Shown: one piece after another, positions 26,001 to 39,400 of the stretch
Layout of the letters: each line of letters opens with the position of its first letter
Position numbering within the stretch: position 1 is the first letter of the stretch
Source of the DNA: Eledone cirrhosa
Taxonomy: Eukaryota
Direction: 5' to 3'
DNA: 64,000 nt
Assembly: GCA_964016885.1 (NCBI GenBank)
Contig: CAXHJY010000397.1
Span: 124,001 to 188,000 of the forward strand
Position numbers and translations under genes: made by a program
The notes under the pieces: generated by a model
Databases searched by the model: none
What the model saw: only the letters and a program-made list of their open reading frames with translations
What the model was told of the DNA's origin: nothing

Positions 26001-29000
26001 TAGCTTAGCTTAGGATAGCTTAGCTTAGCTTAGCTTAGGATAGCTTAGGATAGCTTAGCTTAGGATAGCTTAGGATAGCTTACCTTAGGAGAGCTTAGCT
26101 TAGGATAGCTTAGCTTAGGATAGCTTAGGATAGCTTAGCTTAGGATAGCTTAGCTTAGGATAGCTTAGCTTAGGATAGCTTAGGATAGCTTAGCTTAGCT
26201 TAGCTTAGGATAGCTTAGCTTAGCTTAGCTTAGGATAGCTTAGCTTAGCTTAGCTTAGGATAGCTTAGCTTAGCTTAGCTTAGGATAGCTTAGGATAGCT
26301 TAGCTTAGGATAGCTTAGGATAGCTTAGCTTAGGATAGCTTAGGATAGCTTAGCTTAGGATAGCTTAGCTTAGGATAGCTTAGCTTAGGATAGCTTAGGA
26401 TAGCTTAGCTTAGGATATCTTAGGATAGCTTAGCTTAGGATAGCTTAGCTTAGGATAGCTTAGGATAGCTTAGCTTAACTTAGCTTAGGATAGCTTAGCT
26501 TAGCTTAGGATAGCTTAGCTTAGCTTAGCTTAGGATAGCTTAGCTTAGCTTAGCTTAGGATAGCTTAGGATAGCTTAGCTTAGGATAGCTTAGGATAGCT
26601 TAGCTTAGGATAGCTTAGGATAGCTTAGCTTAGGATAGCTTAGCTTAGGATAGCTTAGCTTAGGATAGTTTAGGATAGCTTAGCTTAGCTTAGCTTAGGA
26701 TAGCTTAGGATAGCTTAGCTTAGGATAGCTTAGGATAGCTTAGCTTAGGATAGATTAGGATAGCTTAGCTTAGGATAGCTTAGGATAGCTTAGCTTAGGA
26801 TAGCTTAGCTTAGGATAGCTTAGCTTAGCTTAGGATAGCTTAGCTTGGGATAGCTTAGGATAGCTTAGCTTAGGATAGCTTAGCTTAGGATAGCTTAGGA
26901 TAGCTTAGCTTAGCTTAGCTTAGGATAGCTTAGCTTAGCTTAGCTTAGGATAGCTTAGCTTAGCTTAGGATAGCTTAGCTTAGCTTAGCTTAGGATAGCT
27001 TAGCTTAGCTTAGCTTAGGATAGCTTAGCTTAGCTTAGCTTAGGATAGCTTAGCTTAGCTTAGCTTAGGATAGCTTAGCTTAGCTTAGCTTAGGATAGCT
27101 TAGCTTAGCTTAGCTAGAATAGCTTAGCTTAGGATAGCTTAGCTTAGGATAGCTTAGCTTAGGATAGCTTAGGATAGCTTAGCTTAGGATAGCTTAGGAT
27201 AGCTTAGCTTAGGATAGCTTAGCTTAGCTTAGCTTAGGATAGCTTAGCTTAGCTTAGGATAGCTTAGCTTAGCTTAGCTTAGGATAGCTTAGCTTAGGAT
27301 AGCTTAGGAAAGCTTAGCTTAGCTTAGCTTAGGATAGCTTAGCTTAGCTTAGCTTAGGATAGCTTAGCTTAGCTTAGGATAGCTTAGCTTAGCTTAGCTT
27401 AGGATAGCTTAGCTTAGCTTAGTTTAGGATAGCTTAGCTTAGCTTAGCTTAGGATAGCTTAGCTTAGCTTAGCTTAGGATAGCTTAGCTTAGCTTAGCTT
27501 AGGATAGCTTAGCTTAGGATAGCTTAGCTTAGCTTAGCTTAGGATAGCTTAGCTTAGCTTAGCTTAGGATAGCTTAGCTTAGGATAGCTTAGCTTAGCTT
27601 AGCTTAGGATAGCTTAGCATAGCTTAGCTTAGGATAGCTTAGCTTAGCTTAGCTTAGGATAGCTTAGCTTAGCTTAGCTTAGGATAGCTTAGCTTAGCTT
27701 AGCTTAGGATAGCTTAGCTTAGCTTAGCTTAGGATAGCTTAGCTTAGCTTAGCTTAGGATAGCTTAGCATAGCTTAGCTTAGGATAGCTTAGCTTAGCTT
27801 AGCTTAGGATAGCTTAGCTTAGCTTAGGATAGCTTAGCTTAGCTTGGCTTAGGTTAGCTTAGCTTAGCTTGGCTTAGGATAGCTTAGCTTAGCTTAGCTT
27901 AGCTTAGAATAGCTTAGCTTAGGATAGCTTAGGATAGCTTAGCTTAGCTTAGCTTAGGATAGCTTAGCTTAGTTTAGGATAGCTTAGCTTAGCTTAGCTT
28001 AGGATAGCTTAGGATAGCTTAGCTTGGGACAGCTTAGGATAGCTTAGCTTAGGATAGCTTAGGATAGCTTAGCTTAGGATAGCTTAGGATAGCTTAGGTT
28101 AGGATAGCTTAGCTTAGGATAGCTTAGGATAGCTTAGCTTAGGATAGCTTAGGATAGCTTAGCTTAGAATAGCTTAGGATAGCTTAGCTTAGGATAGCTT
28201 AGCTTAGGATAGCTTAGGAAAGCTTAGCTTAGCTTAGCTTAGGATAGCTTAGCTTAGCTTAGCTTAGGATAGCTTAGCTTAGCTTAGCTTAGGATAGCTT
28301 AGGATAGCTTAGCTTAGGATAGCTTAGGATAGCTTAGCTTAGGATAGCTTAGCTTAGGATAGCTTAGCTTAGGATAGCTTAGGATAGCTTAGCTTAGGAT
28401 AGCTTAGGATAGCTTAGCTTAGGATAGCTTAGCTTAGGATAGCTTAGGATAGCTTAGCTTAGCTTAGCTTAGGATAGCTTAGCTTAGCTTAGGATAGCTT
28501 AGCTTAGCTTAGCTTAGCTTAGGATAGCTTAGCTTAGCTTAGGATAGCTTAGGATAGCTTAGCTTAGGATAGCTTAGGATAGCTTAGCTTAGGATAGCTT
28601 AGGATAGCTTAGCTTAGGATAGCTTAGCTTAGGATAGCTTAGCTTAGCTTAGGATAGCTTAGCTTAGGATAGCTTAGGATATCTTAGGTTAGGATAGCTT
28701 AGCTTAGGATAGCTTAGGATAGATTAGCTTAGCTTAGCTTAGGATAGCTTAGCTTAGCTTAGCTTAGGATAGCTTAGCTTAGCTTAGGATAGCTTAGCTT
28801 AGCTTAGCTTAGGATAGCTTAGCTTAGCATAGCTTAGGATAGCTTAGCTTAGCTTAGGATAGCTTAGCTTAGCTTAGCTTAGGATAGCTTAGCTTAGCTT
28901 AGCTTAGGATAGCTTAGCTTAGGATAGCTTAGCTTAGGATAGCTTAGCTTAGGTTAGCTTAGCTTAGCTTAGCTTAGGATAGCTTAGGATAGCTTAGCTT

Positions 29001-32000
29001 AGGATAGCTTAGCTTAGCTTAGCTTAGGATAGCTTAGCTTAGCTTAGCTTAGGATAGCTTAGCTTAGCTTAGCTTAGGATAGCTTAGCTTAGGATAGCTT
29101 AGGATTGCTTAGCTTAGCTTAGCTTAGGATAGCTTAGCTTAGCTTAGCTTAGGATAGCTTAGCTTAGCTTAGGATAGCTTAGCTTAGCTTAGCTTAGGAT
29201 AGCTTAGCTTAGCTTAGCTTAGGATAGCTTAGCTTAGCTTAGCTTAGGATAGCTTAGGATAGCTTAGGATAGCTTAGCTTAGCTTAGCTTAGGATAGCTT
29301 AGCTTAGCTTAGGATAGCTTAGCTTAGCTTAGCTTAGGATAGCTTAGCTTAGCTTAGGATAGCTTAGCTTAGCTTAGCTTAGGATAGCTTAGCTTAGCTT
29401 AGCTTAGGATAGCTTAGCTTAGCTTAGCTTAGGATAGCTTAGCTTAGCTTAGCTTAGCTTAGGATAGCTTAGCTTAGCTTAGCTTAGGATAGATTAGCTT
29501 AGCTTAGGATAGCTTAGCTTAGCTTAGCTTAGGAAAGCTTAGCTTAGCTTAGGATAGCTTAGCTTAGCTTAGCTTAGGAGAGCTTAGCTTAGCTTAGCTT
29601 AGGATAGCTTAGCTTAGCTTAGCTTAGGATAGCTTAGCTTAGCTTAGGTAGCTTAGCTTAGCTTAGCTTAGGATAGCTTAGCTTAGCTTAGCTTAGCTTA
29701 GCTTAGGATAGCTTAGCTTAGCTTAGCTTAGGAGAGCTTAGCTTAGCTTAGCTTAGGATAGCTTAGGATAGCTTAGCTTAGGATAGCTTAGGATAGCTTA
29801 CCTTAGGAGAGCTTAGCTTAGGATAGCTTAGCTTAGGATAGCTTAGCTTAGGATAGCTTAGGATAGCTTAGCTTAGCTTAGCTTAGGATAGCTTAGCTTA
29901 GCTTAGCTTAGGATAGCTTAGCTTAGGTTAGCTTAGCTTAGCTTAGCTTAGCTTAGGATAGCTTAGCTTAGGATAGCTTAGGATAGCTTAGGATAGCTTA
30001 GCTTAGGATAGCTTAGCTTAGGATAGCTTAGGATAGCTTAGCTTAGGATAGCTTAGGATAGCTTAGCTTAGGATAGCTTAGCTTAGGATAGCTTAGGATA
30101 GCTTAGCTTAGCTTAGCTTAGGATAGCTTAGCTTAGCTTAGCTTAGGATAGCTTAGCTTAGCTTAGGATAGCTTAGCTTAGCTTAGCTTAGGATAGCTTA
30201 GGATAGCTTAGCTTAGGATAGCTTAGGATAGCTTAGCTTAGGATAGCTTAGGATAGCTTAGGATAGCTTAGCTTAGCTTAGCTTAGGATAGCTTAGCTTA
30301 GCTTAGCTTAGGATAGCTTAGCTTAGCTTAGCTTAGGATAGCTTAGCTTAGCTTAGGATAGCTTAGCTTAGCTTAGCTTAGGATAGCTTAGCTTAGCTTA
30401 GCTTAGGACAGCTTAGCTTAGCTTAGCTTAGGATAGCTTAGCTTAGCTTAGGATAGCTTAGCTTAGCTTAGCTTAGGATAGCTTAGCTTAGCTTAGCTTA
30501 GGATAGCTTAGCTTAGGATAGCTTAGCTTAGGATAGCTTAGCTTAGGTTAGCTTAGCTTAGCTTAGCTTAGGATAGCTTAGGATAGCTTAGCTTAGGATA
30601 GCTTAGCTTAGCTTAGCTTAGGATAGCTTAGCTTAGCTTAGCTTAGGATAGCTTAGCTTAGCTTAGCTTAGGATAGCTTAGCTTAGCTTAGCTTAGGATA
30701 GCTTAGCTTAGGATAGCTTAGGATAGCTTAGCTTAGCTTAGGATAGCTTAGCTTAGCTTAGCTTAGGATAGCTTAGCTTAGCTTAGGATAGCTTAGCTTA
30801 GCTTAGCTTAGGATAGCTTAGCTTAGCTTAGCTTAGGATAGCTTAGCTTAGCTTAGCTTAGGATAGCTTAGGATAGCTTAGGATAGCTTAGCTTAGCTTA
30901 GCTTAGGATAGCTTAGCTTAGCTTAGCTTAGGATAGATTAGCTTAGCTTAGCTTAGGATAGCTTAGCTTAGCTTAGGATAGCTTAGCTTAGCTTAGCTTA
31001 GGATAGCTTAGCTTAGCTTAGCTTAGGATAGCTTAGCTTAGCTTAGCTTAGGATAGATTAGCTTAGCTTAGGATAGCTTAGCTTAGCTTAGCTTAGGAAA
31101 GCTTAGCTTAGCTTAGGATAGCTTAGCTTTGCTTAGCTTAGGATAGCTTAGGATAGCTTAGCTTAGGATAGCTTAGGATAGCTTAGCTTAGGATAGCTTA
31201 GGATAGCTTAGGTTAGGATAGCTTAGCTTAGGATAGCTTAGGATAGCTTAGCTTAGGATAGCTTAGGATAGCTTAGCTTAGGATAGCTTAGGATAGCTTA
31301 GCTTAGGATAGCTTAGCTTAGGATAGCTTAGGAAAGCTTAGCTTAGCTTAGCTTAGGATAGCTTAGCTTAGCTTAGCTTAGGATAGCTTAGCTTAGCTTA
31401 GCTTAGGATAGCTTAGGATAGCTTAGCTTAGGATAGCTTAGGATAGCTTAGCTTAGGATAGCTTAGCTTAGGATAGCTTAGCTTAGGATAGCTTAGGATA
31501 GCTTAGCTTAGGATAGCTTAGCTTAGGATAGCTTAGGATAGCTTAGCTTAGCTTAGCTTAGGATAGCTTAGCTTAGCTTAGCTTAGGATAGCTTAGCTTA
31601 GCTTAGCTTAGCTTAGGATAGCTTAGCTTAGCTTAGGATAGCTTAGGATAGCTTAGCTTAGGATAGCTTAGGATAGCTTAGCTTAGGATAGCTTAGGATA
31701 GCTTAGCTTAGGATAGCTTAGGATAGCTTAGCTTAGGATAGCTTAGCTTAGGATAGCTTAGCTTAGCTTAGCTTAGGATAGCTTAGCTTAGGATAGCTTA
31801 GGATAGCTTAGCTTAGGATAGCTTATCTTAGGATAGCTTAGGATAGCTTAGCTTAGCTTAGCTTAGGATAGCTTAGCTTAGCTTAGCTTAGGATAGCTTA
31901 GCTTAGCTTAGGATAGCTTAGCTTAGCTTAGCTTAGGATAGCTTAGCTTAGCTTAGCTTAGGATAGCTTAGCTTAGCTTAGCTTAGGATAGCTTAGCTTA

Positions 32001-33470
32001 GGATAGCTTAGCTTAGGATAGCTTAGCTTAGGTTAGCTTAGCTTAGCTTAGCTTAGGATAGCTTAGGATAGCTTAGCTTAGGATAGCTTAGCTTAGCTTA
32101 GCTTAGGATAGCTTAGCTTAGTTTAGCTTAGGATAGCTTAGCTTAGCTTAGCTTAGGATAGCTTAGCTTAGGATAGCTTAGGATTGCTTAGCTTAGCTTA
32201 GCTTAGGATAGCTTAGCTTAGCTTAGCTTAGGATAGCTTAGCTTAGCTTAGGATAGCTTAGCTTAGCTTAGCTTAGGATAGCTTAGCTTAGCTTAGCTTA
32301 GGATAGCTTAGCTTAGCTTAGCTTAGGATAGCTTAGGATAGCTTAGGATAGCTTAGCTTTGCTTAGCTTAGGATAGCTTAGCTTAGCTTAGCTTAGGATA
32401 GCTTAGCTTAGCTTAGCTTAGGATAGCTTAGCTTAGCTTAGGATAGCTTAGCTTAGCTTAGCTTAGGATAGCTTAGCTTAGCTTAGCTTAGGATAGCTTA
32501 GCTTAGCTTAGCTTAGGATAGCTTAGCTTAGCTTAGCTTAGAATAGATTAGCTTAGCTTAGGATAGCTTAGCTTAGCTTAGCTTAGGAAAGCTTAGCTTA
32601 GCTTAGGATAGCTTAGTTTAGCTTAGCTTAGGAGAGCTTAGCTTAGCTTAGGATAGCTTAGCTTAGCTTAGCTTAGGATAGCTTAGCTTAGCTTAGCTTA
32701 GGTAGCTTAGCTTAGCTTAGCTTAGGATAGCTTAGCTTAGCTTAGCTTAGCTTAGGATAGCTTAGCTTAGCTTAGCTTAGGAGAGCTTAGCTTAGCTTAG
32801 CTTAGGATAGCTTAGGATAGCTTAGCTTAGGATAGCTTAGGATAGCTTACCTTAGGAGAGCTTAGCTTAGGATAGCTTAGCTTAGGATAGCTTAGGATAG
32901 CTTAGCTTAGGATAGCTTAGCTTAGGATAGCTTAGCTTAGGATAGCTTAGGATAGCTTAGCTTAGCTTAGCTTAGGATAGCTTAGCTTAGCTTAGCTTAG
33001 GATAGCTTAGCTTAGGTTAGCTTAGCTTAGCTTAGCTTAGCTTAGGATAGCTTAGCTTAGGATAGCTTAGGATAGCTTAGCTTAGGATAGCTTAGGATAG
33101 CTTAGCTTAGGAGAGCTTAGCTTAGGATAGCTTAGGATAGCTTAGCTTAGGATAGCTTAGGATAGCTTAGCTTAGGATAGCTTAGCTTAGGATAGCTTAG
33201 GATAGCTTAGCTTAGCTTAGCTTAGGATAGCTTAGCTTAGCTTAGCTTAGGATAGCTTAGCTTAGCTTAGCTTAGGATAGCTTAGCTTAGCTTAGCTTAG
33301 GATAGCTTAGGATAGCTTAGCTTAGGATAGCTTAGGATAGCTTAGCTTAGGATAGCTTAGGATAGCTTAGGATAGCTTAGCTTAGCTTAGCTTAGGATAG
33401 CTTAGCTTAGCTTAGCTTAGGATAGCTTAGCTTAGCTTAGCTTAGGATAGCTTAGCTTAGCTTAGGATAG
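20041..33470 (+). repeat. Copy 2 of the 13.2-13.4 kb higher-order tandem duplication
   Basis: Offset to copy 1 is 13190-13195 up to about 24500, then 13400-13430 after an indel of about 205 bp plus small unit slippages. Confidence 0.92.
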
Positions 33471-36400
33471 CTTAGCTTAGCTTAGCTTAGGATAGCTTAG
33501 CTTAGCTTAGGACAGCTTAGCTTAGCTTAGCTTAGGATAGCTTAGCTTAGCTTAGGATAGCTTAGCTTAGCTTAGCTTAGGATAGCTTAGCTTAGCTTAG
33601 GATAGCTTAGCTTAGGATAGCTTAGCTTAGGATAGCTTAGCTTAGGTTAGCTTAGCTTAGCTTAGCTTAGGATAGCTTAGGATAGCTTAGCTTAGGATAG
33701 CTTAGCTTAGCTTAGCTTAGGATAGCTTAGCTTAGCTTAGCTTAGGATAGCTTAGCTTAGCTTAGCTTAGGATAGCTTAGCTTAGCTTAGCTTAGGATAG
33801 CTTAGCTTAGGATAGCTTAGGATAGCTTAGCTTAGCTTAGCTTAGGATAGCTTAGCTTAGCTTAGCTTAGGATAGCTTAGCTTAGCTTAGGATAGCTTAG
33901 CTTAGCTTAGCTTAGGATAGCTTAGCTTAGCTTAGCTTAGGATAGCTTAGCTTAGCTTAGCTTAGGATAGCTTAGGATAGCTTAGGATAGCTTAGCTTAG
34001 CTTAGCTTAGGATAGCTTAGCTTAGCTTAGCTTAGGATAGCTTAGCTTAGCTTAGCTTAGGATAGCTTAGCTTAGCTTAGGATAGCTTAGCTTAGCTTAG
34101 CTTAGGATAGCTTAGCTTAGCTTAGCTTAGGATAGCTTAGCTTAGCTTAGCTTAGGATAGCTTAGCTTAGCTTAGGATAGCTTAGCTTAGCTTAGCTTAG
34201 GATAGCTTAGCTTAGGATAGCTTAGGATAGCTTAGCTTAGGATAGCTTAGCTTAGGATAGCTTAGGATAGCTTAGCTTAGCTTAGCTTAGGATAGCTTAG
34301 CTTAGCTTAGCTTAGGATAGCTTAGCTTAGCTTAGGATAGCTTAGCTTAGCTTAGCTTAGGATAGCTTAGCTTAGCTTAGCTTAGGATAGCTTAGGATAG
34401 CTTAGCTTAGCTTAGCTTAGGATAGCTTAGCTTAGCTTAGCTTAGGATAGCTTAGCTTAGCTTAGCTTAGGATAGCTTAGCTTAGGATAGCTTAGCTTAG
34501 GATAGCTTAGCTTAGGTTAGCTTAGCTTAGCTTAGCTTAGGATAGCTTAGGATAGCTTAGCTTAGGATAGCTTAGCTTAGCTTAGCTTAGGATAGCTTAG
34601 CTTAGCTTAGCTTAGGATAGCTTAGCTTAGGATAGCTTAGGATTGCTTAGCTTAGCTTAGCTTAGGATAGCTTAGCTTAGCTTAGCTTAGGATAGCTTAG
34701 CTTAGCTTAGGATAGCTTAGCTTAGCTTAGCTTAGGATAGCTTAGCTTAGCTTAGCTTAGGATAGCTTAGCTTAGCTTAGCTTAGGATAGCTTAGGATAG
34801 CTTAGGATAGCTTAGCTTAGCTTAGCTTAGGATAGCTTAGCTTAGGATAGCTTAGGATAGCTTAGCTTAGCTTAGGATAGCTTAGCTTAGCTTAGCTTAG
34901 GATAGCTTAGCTTAGCTTAGGATAGCTTAGCTTAGCTTAGCTTAGGATAGCTTAGCTTAGCTTAGCTTAGGATAGCTTAGCTTAGCTTAGCTTAGGATAG
35001 CTTAGCTTAGGATAGCTTAGCTTAGGATAGCTTAGCTTAGGTTAGCTTAGCTTAGCTTAGCTTAGGATAGCTTAGGATAGCTTAGCTTAGGATAGCTTAG
35101 CTTAGCTTAGCTTAGGATAGCTTAGCTTAGTTTAGCTTAGGATAGCTTAGCTTAGCTTAGCTTAGGATAGCTTAGCTTAGGATAGCTTAGGATTGCTTAG
35201 CTTAGCTTAGCTTAGGATAGCTTAGCTTAGCTTAGCTTAGGATAGCTTAGCTTAGCTTAGGATAGCTTAGCTTAGCTTAGCTTAGGATAGCTTAGCTTAG
35301 CTTAGCTTAGGATAGCTTAGCTTAGCTTAGCTTAGGATAGCTTAGGATAGCTTAGGATAGCTTAGCTTTGCTTAGCTTAGGATAGCTTAGCTTAGCTTAG
35401 CTTAGGATAGCTTAGCTTAGCTTAGCTTAGGATAGCTTAGCTTAGCTTAGGATAGCTTAGCTTAGCTTAGCTTAGCTTAGGATAGCTTAGCTTAGCTTAG
35501 CTTAGGATAGCTTAGCTTAGCTTAGCTTAGGATAGCTTAGCTTAGCTTAGCTTAGGATAGATTAGCTTAGCTTAGGATAGCTTAGCTTAGCTTAGCTTAG
35601 GAAAGCTTAGCTTAGCTTAGGATAGCTTAGTTTAGCTTAGCTTAGGAGAGCTTAGCTTAGCTTAGGATAGCTTAGCTTAGCTTAGCTTAGGATAGCTTAG
35701 CTTAGCTTAGCTTAGGTAGCTTAGCTTAGCTTAGCTTAGGATAGCTTAGCTTAGCTTAGCTTAGCTTAGGATAGCTTAGCTTAGCTTAGCTTAGGAGAGC
35801 TTAGCTTAGCTTAGCTTAGGATAGCTTAGGATAGCTTAGCTTAAGATAGCTTAGGATAGCTTACCTTAGGAGAGCTTAGCTTAGGATAGCTTAGCTTAGG
35901 ATAGCTTAGGATAGCTTAGCTTAGGATAGCTTAGCTTAGGATAGCTTAGCTTAGGATAGCTTAGGATAGCTTAGCTTAGCTTAGCTTAGGATAGCTTAGC
36001 TTAGCTTAGCTTAGGATAGCTTAGCTTAGGTTAGCTTAGCTTAGCTTAGCTTAGCTTAGGATAGCTTAGCTTAGGATAGCTTAGGATAGCTTAGCTTAGG
36101 ATAGCTTAGGATAGCTTAGCTTAGGAGAGCTTAGCTTAGGATAGCTTAGGATAGCTTAGCTTAGGATAGCTTAGGATAGCTTAGCTTAGGATAGCTTAGC
36201 TTAGGATAGCTTAGGATAGCTTAGCTTAGCTTAGCTTAGGATAGCTTAGCTTAGCTTAGCTTAGGATAGCTTAGCTTAGCTTAGCTTAGGATAGCTTAGC
36301 TTAGCTTAGCTTAGGATAGCTTAGGATAGCTTAGCTTAGGTTAGCTTAGGATAGCTTAGCTTAGGATAGCTTAGGATAGCTTAGGATAGCTTAGCTTAGC

Positions 36401-39400
36401 TTAGCTTAGGATAGCTTAGCTTAGCTTAGCTTAGGATAGCTTAGCTTAGCTTAGCTTAGGATAGCTTAGCTTAGCTTAGGATAGCTTAGCTTAGCTTAGC
36501 TTAGGATAGCTTAGCTTAGCTTAGCTTAGGACAGCTTAGCTTAGCTTAGCTTAGGATAGCTTAGCTTAGCTTAGGATAGCTTAGCTTAGCTTAGCTTAGG
36601 ATAGCTTAGCTTAGCTTAGCTTAGGATAGCTTAGCTTAGGATAGCTTAGCTTAGGATAGCTTAGCTTAGGTTAGCTTAGCTTAGCTTAGCTTAGGATAGC
36701 TTAGGATAGCTTAGCTTAGGATAGCTTAGCTTAGCTTAGCTTAGGATAGCTTAGCTTAGCTTAGCTTAGGATAGCTTAGCTTAGCTTAGCTTAGGATAGC
36801 TTAGCTTAGCTTAGCTTAGGATAGCTTAGCTTAGGATAGCTTAGGATAGCTTAGCTTAGCTTAGCTTAGGATAGCTTAGCTTAGCTTAGCTTAGGATAGC
36901 TTAGCTTAGCTTAGGATAGCTTAGCTTAGCTTAGCTTAGGATAGCTTAGCTTAGCTTAGCTTAGGATAGCTTAGCTTAGCTTAGCTTAGGATAGCTTAGG
37001 ATAGCTTAGGATAGCTTAGCTTAGCTTAGCTTAGGATAGCTTAGCTTAGCTTAGCTTAGGATAGCTTAGCTTAGCTTAGCTTAGGATAGCTTAGCTTAGC
37101 TTAGGATAGCTTAGCTTAGCTTAGCTTAGGATAGCTTAGCTTAGCTTAGCTTAGGATAGCTTAGCTTAGCTTAGCTTAGGATAGCTTAGCTTAGCTTAGG
37201 ATAGCTTAGCTTAGCTTAGCTTAGGATAGCTTAGCTTAGGATAGCTTAGGATAGCTTAGCTTAGGATAGCTTAGCTTAGGATAGCTTAGGATAGCTTAGC
37301 TTAGCTTAGCTTAGGATAGCTTAGCTTAGCTTAGCTTAGGATAGCTTAGCTTAGCTTAGGATAGCTTAGCTTAGCTTAGCTTAGGATAGCTTAGCTTAGC
37401 TTAGCTTAGGATAGCTTAGGATAGCTTAGCTTAGCTTAGCTTAGGATAGCTTAGCTTAGCTTAGCTTAGGATAGCTTAGCTTAGCTTAGCTTAGGATAGC
37501 TTAGCTTAGCTTAGGATAGCTTAGCTTAGCTTAGCTTAGGATAGCTTAGCTTAGCTTAGCTTAGGATAGCTTAGCTTAGGATAGCTTAGGATAGCTTAGC
37601 TTAGCTTAGCTTAGGATAGCTTAGCATAGCTTAGGATAGCTTAGCTTAGCTTAGGATAGCTTAGCTTAGCTTAGGATAGCTTAGCTTAGCTTAGCTTAGG
37701 ATAGCTTAGCTTAGCTTAGCTTAGGATAGCTTAGCTTAGCTTAGCTTAGGATAGCTTAGGATAGCTTAGCCTAGCTTAGCTTAGGATAGCTTAGCTTAGC
37801 TTAGCTTAGGATAGCTTAGCTTAGCTTAGGATAGCTTAGCTTAGCTTAGCTTAGGATAGCTTAGCTTAGGATAGCTTAGCTTAGCTTAGTTTAGGATAGC
37901 TTAGCTTAGGATAGCTTAGCTTAGCTTAGGATAGCTTAGCTTAGCTTAGCTTAGGATAGCTTAGCTTAGCTTAGCTTAGGATAGCTTAGCTTAGCTTAGC
38001 TTAGGATAGCTTAGCTTAACTTGGCTTAGGATAGCTTAGCTTAGCTTAGCTTAGGATAGCTTAGCTTAGCTTAGCTTAGGATAGCTTAGCTTAGCTTAGG
38101 ATAGCTTAGCTTAATTTAGGATAGCTTAGCTTAGCTTGGCTTAGGATAGCTTAGCTTAGCTTAGCTTAGGATAGCTTAGGATAGCTTAGGATAGCTTAGC
38201 TTTGCTTAGCTTAGGATAGCTTAGCTTAGCTTAGCTTAGGATAGCTTAGCTTAGCTTAGCTTAGGATAGCTTAGCTTAGCTTAGGATAGCTTAGCTTAGC
38301 TTAGCTTAGGATAGCTTAGCTTAGCTTAGCTTAGGATAGCTTAGCTTAGCTTAGCTTAGGATAGCTTAGCTTAGCTTAGCTTAGGATAGATTAGCTTAGC
38401 TTAGGATAGCTTAGCTTAGCTTAGCTTAGGAAAGCTTAGCTTAGCTTAGGATAGCTTAGTTTAGCTTAGCTTAGGAGAGCTTAGCTTAGCTTAGGATAGC
38501 TTAGCTTAGCTTAGCTTAGGATAGCTTAGCTTAGCTTAGCTTAGGTAGCTTAGCTTAGCTTAGCTTAGGATAGCTTAGCTTAGCTTAGCTTAGCTTAGGA
38601 TAGCTTAGCTTAGCTTAGCTTAGGAGAGCTTAGCTTAGCTTAGCTTAGGATAGCTTAGGATAGCTTAGCTTAGGATAGCTTAGGATAGCTTACCTTAGGA
38701 GAGCTTAGCTTAGGATAGCTTAGCTTAGGATAGCTTAGGATAGCTTAGCTTAGGATAGCTTAGCTTAGGATAGCTTAGCTTAGGATAGCTTAGGATAGCT
38801 TAGCTTAGCTTAGCTTAGGATAGCTTAGCTTAGCTTAGCTTAGGATAGCTTAGCTTAGGTTAGCTTAGCTTAGCTTAGCTTAGCTTAGGATAGCTTAGCT
38901 TAGGATAGCTTAGGATAGCTTAGGATAGCTTAGCTTAGGATAGCTTAGCTTAGGATAGCTTAGGATAGCTTAGCTTAGGATAGCTTAGGATAGCTTAGCT
39001 TAGGATAGCTTAGCTTAGGATAGCTTAGGATAGCTTAGCTTAGCTTAGCTTAGGATAGCTTAGCTTAGCTTAGCTTAGGATAGCTTAGCTTAGCTTAGGA
39101 TAGCTTAGCTTAGCTTAGCTTAGGATAGCTTAGGATAGCTTAGCTTAGGATAGCTTAGGATAGCTTAGCTTAGGATAGCTTAGGATAGCTTAGGATAGCT
39201 TAGCTTAGCTTAGCTTAGGATAGCTTAGCTTAGCTTAGCTTAGGATAGCTTAGCTTAGCTTAGCTTAGGATAGCTTAGCTTAGCTTAGGATAGCTTAGCT
39301 TAGCTTAGCTTAGGATAGCTTAGCTTAGCTTAGCTTAGGACAGCTTAGCTTAGCTTAGCTTAGGATAGCTTAGCTTAGCTTAGGATAGCTTAGCTTAGCT

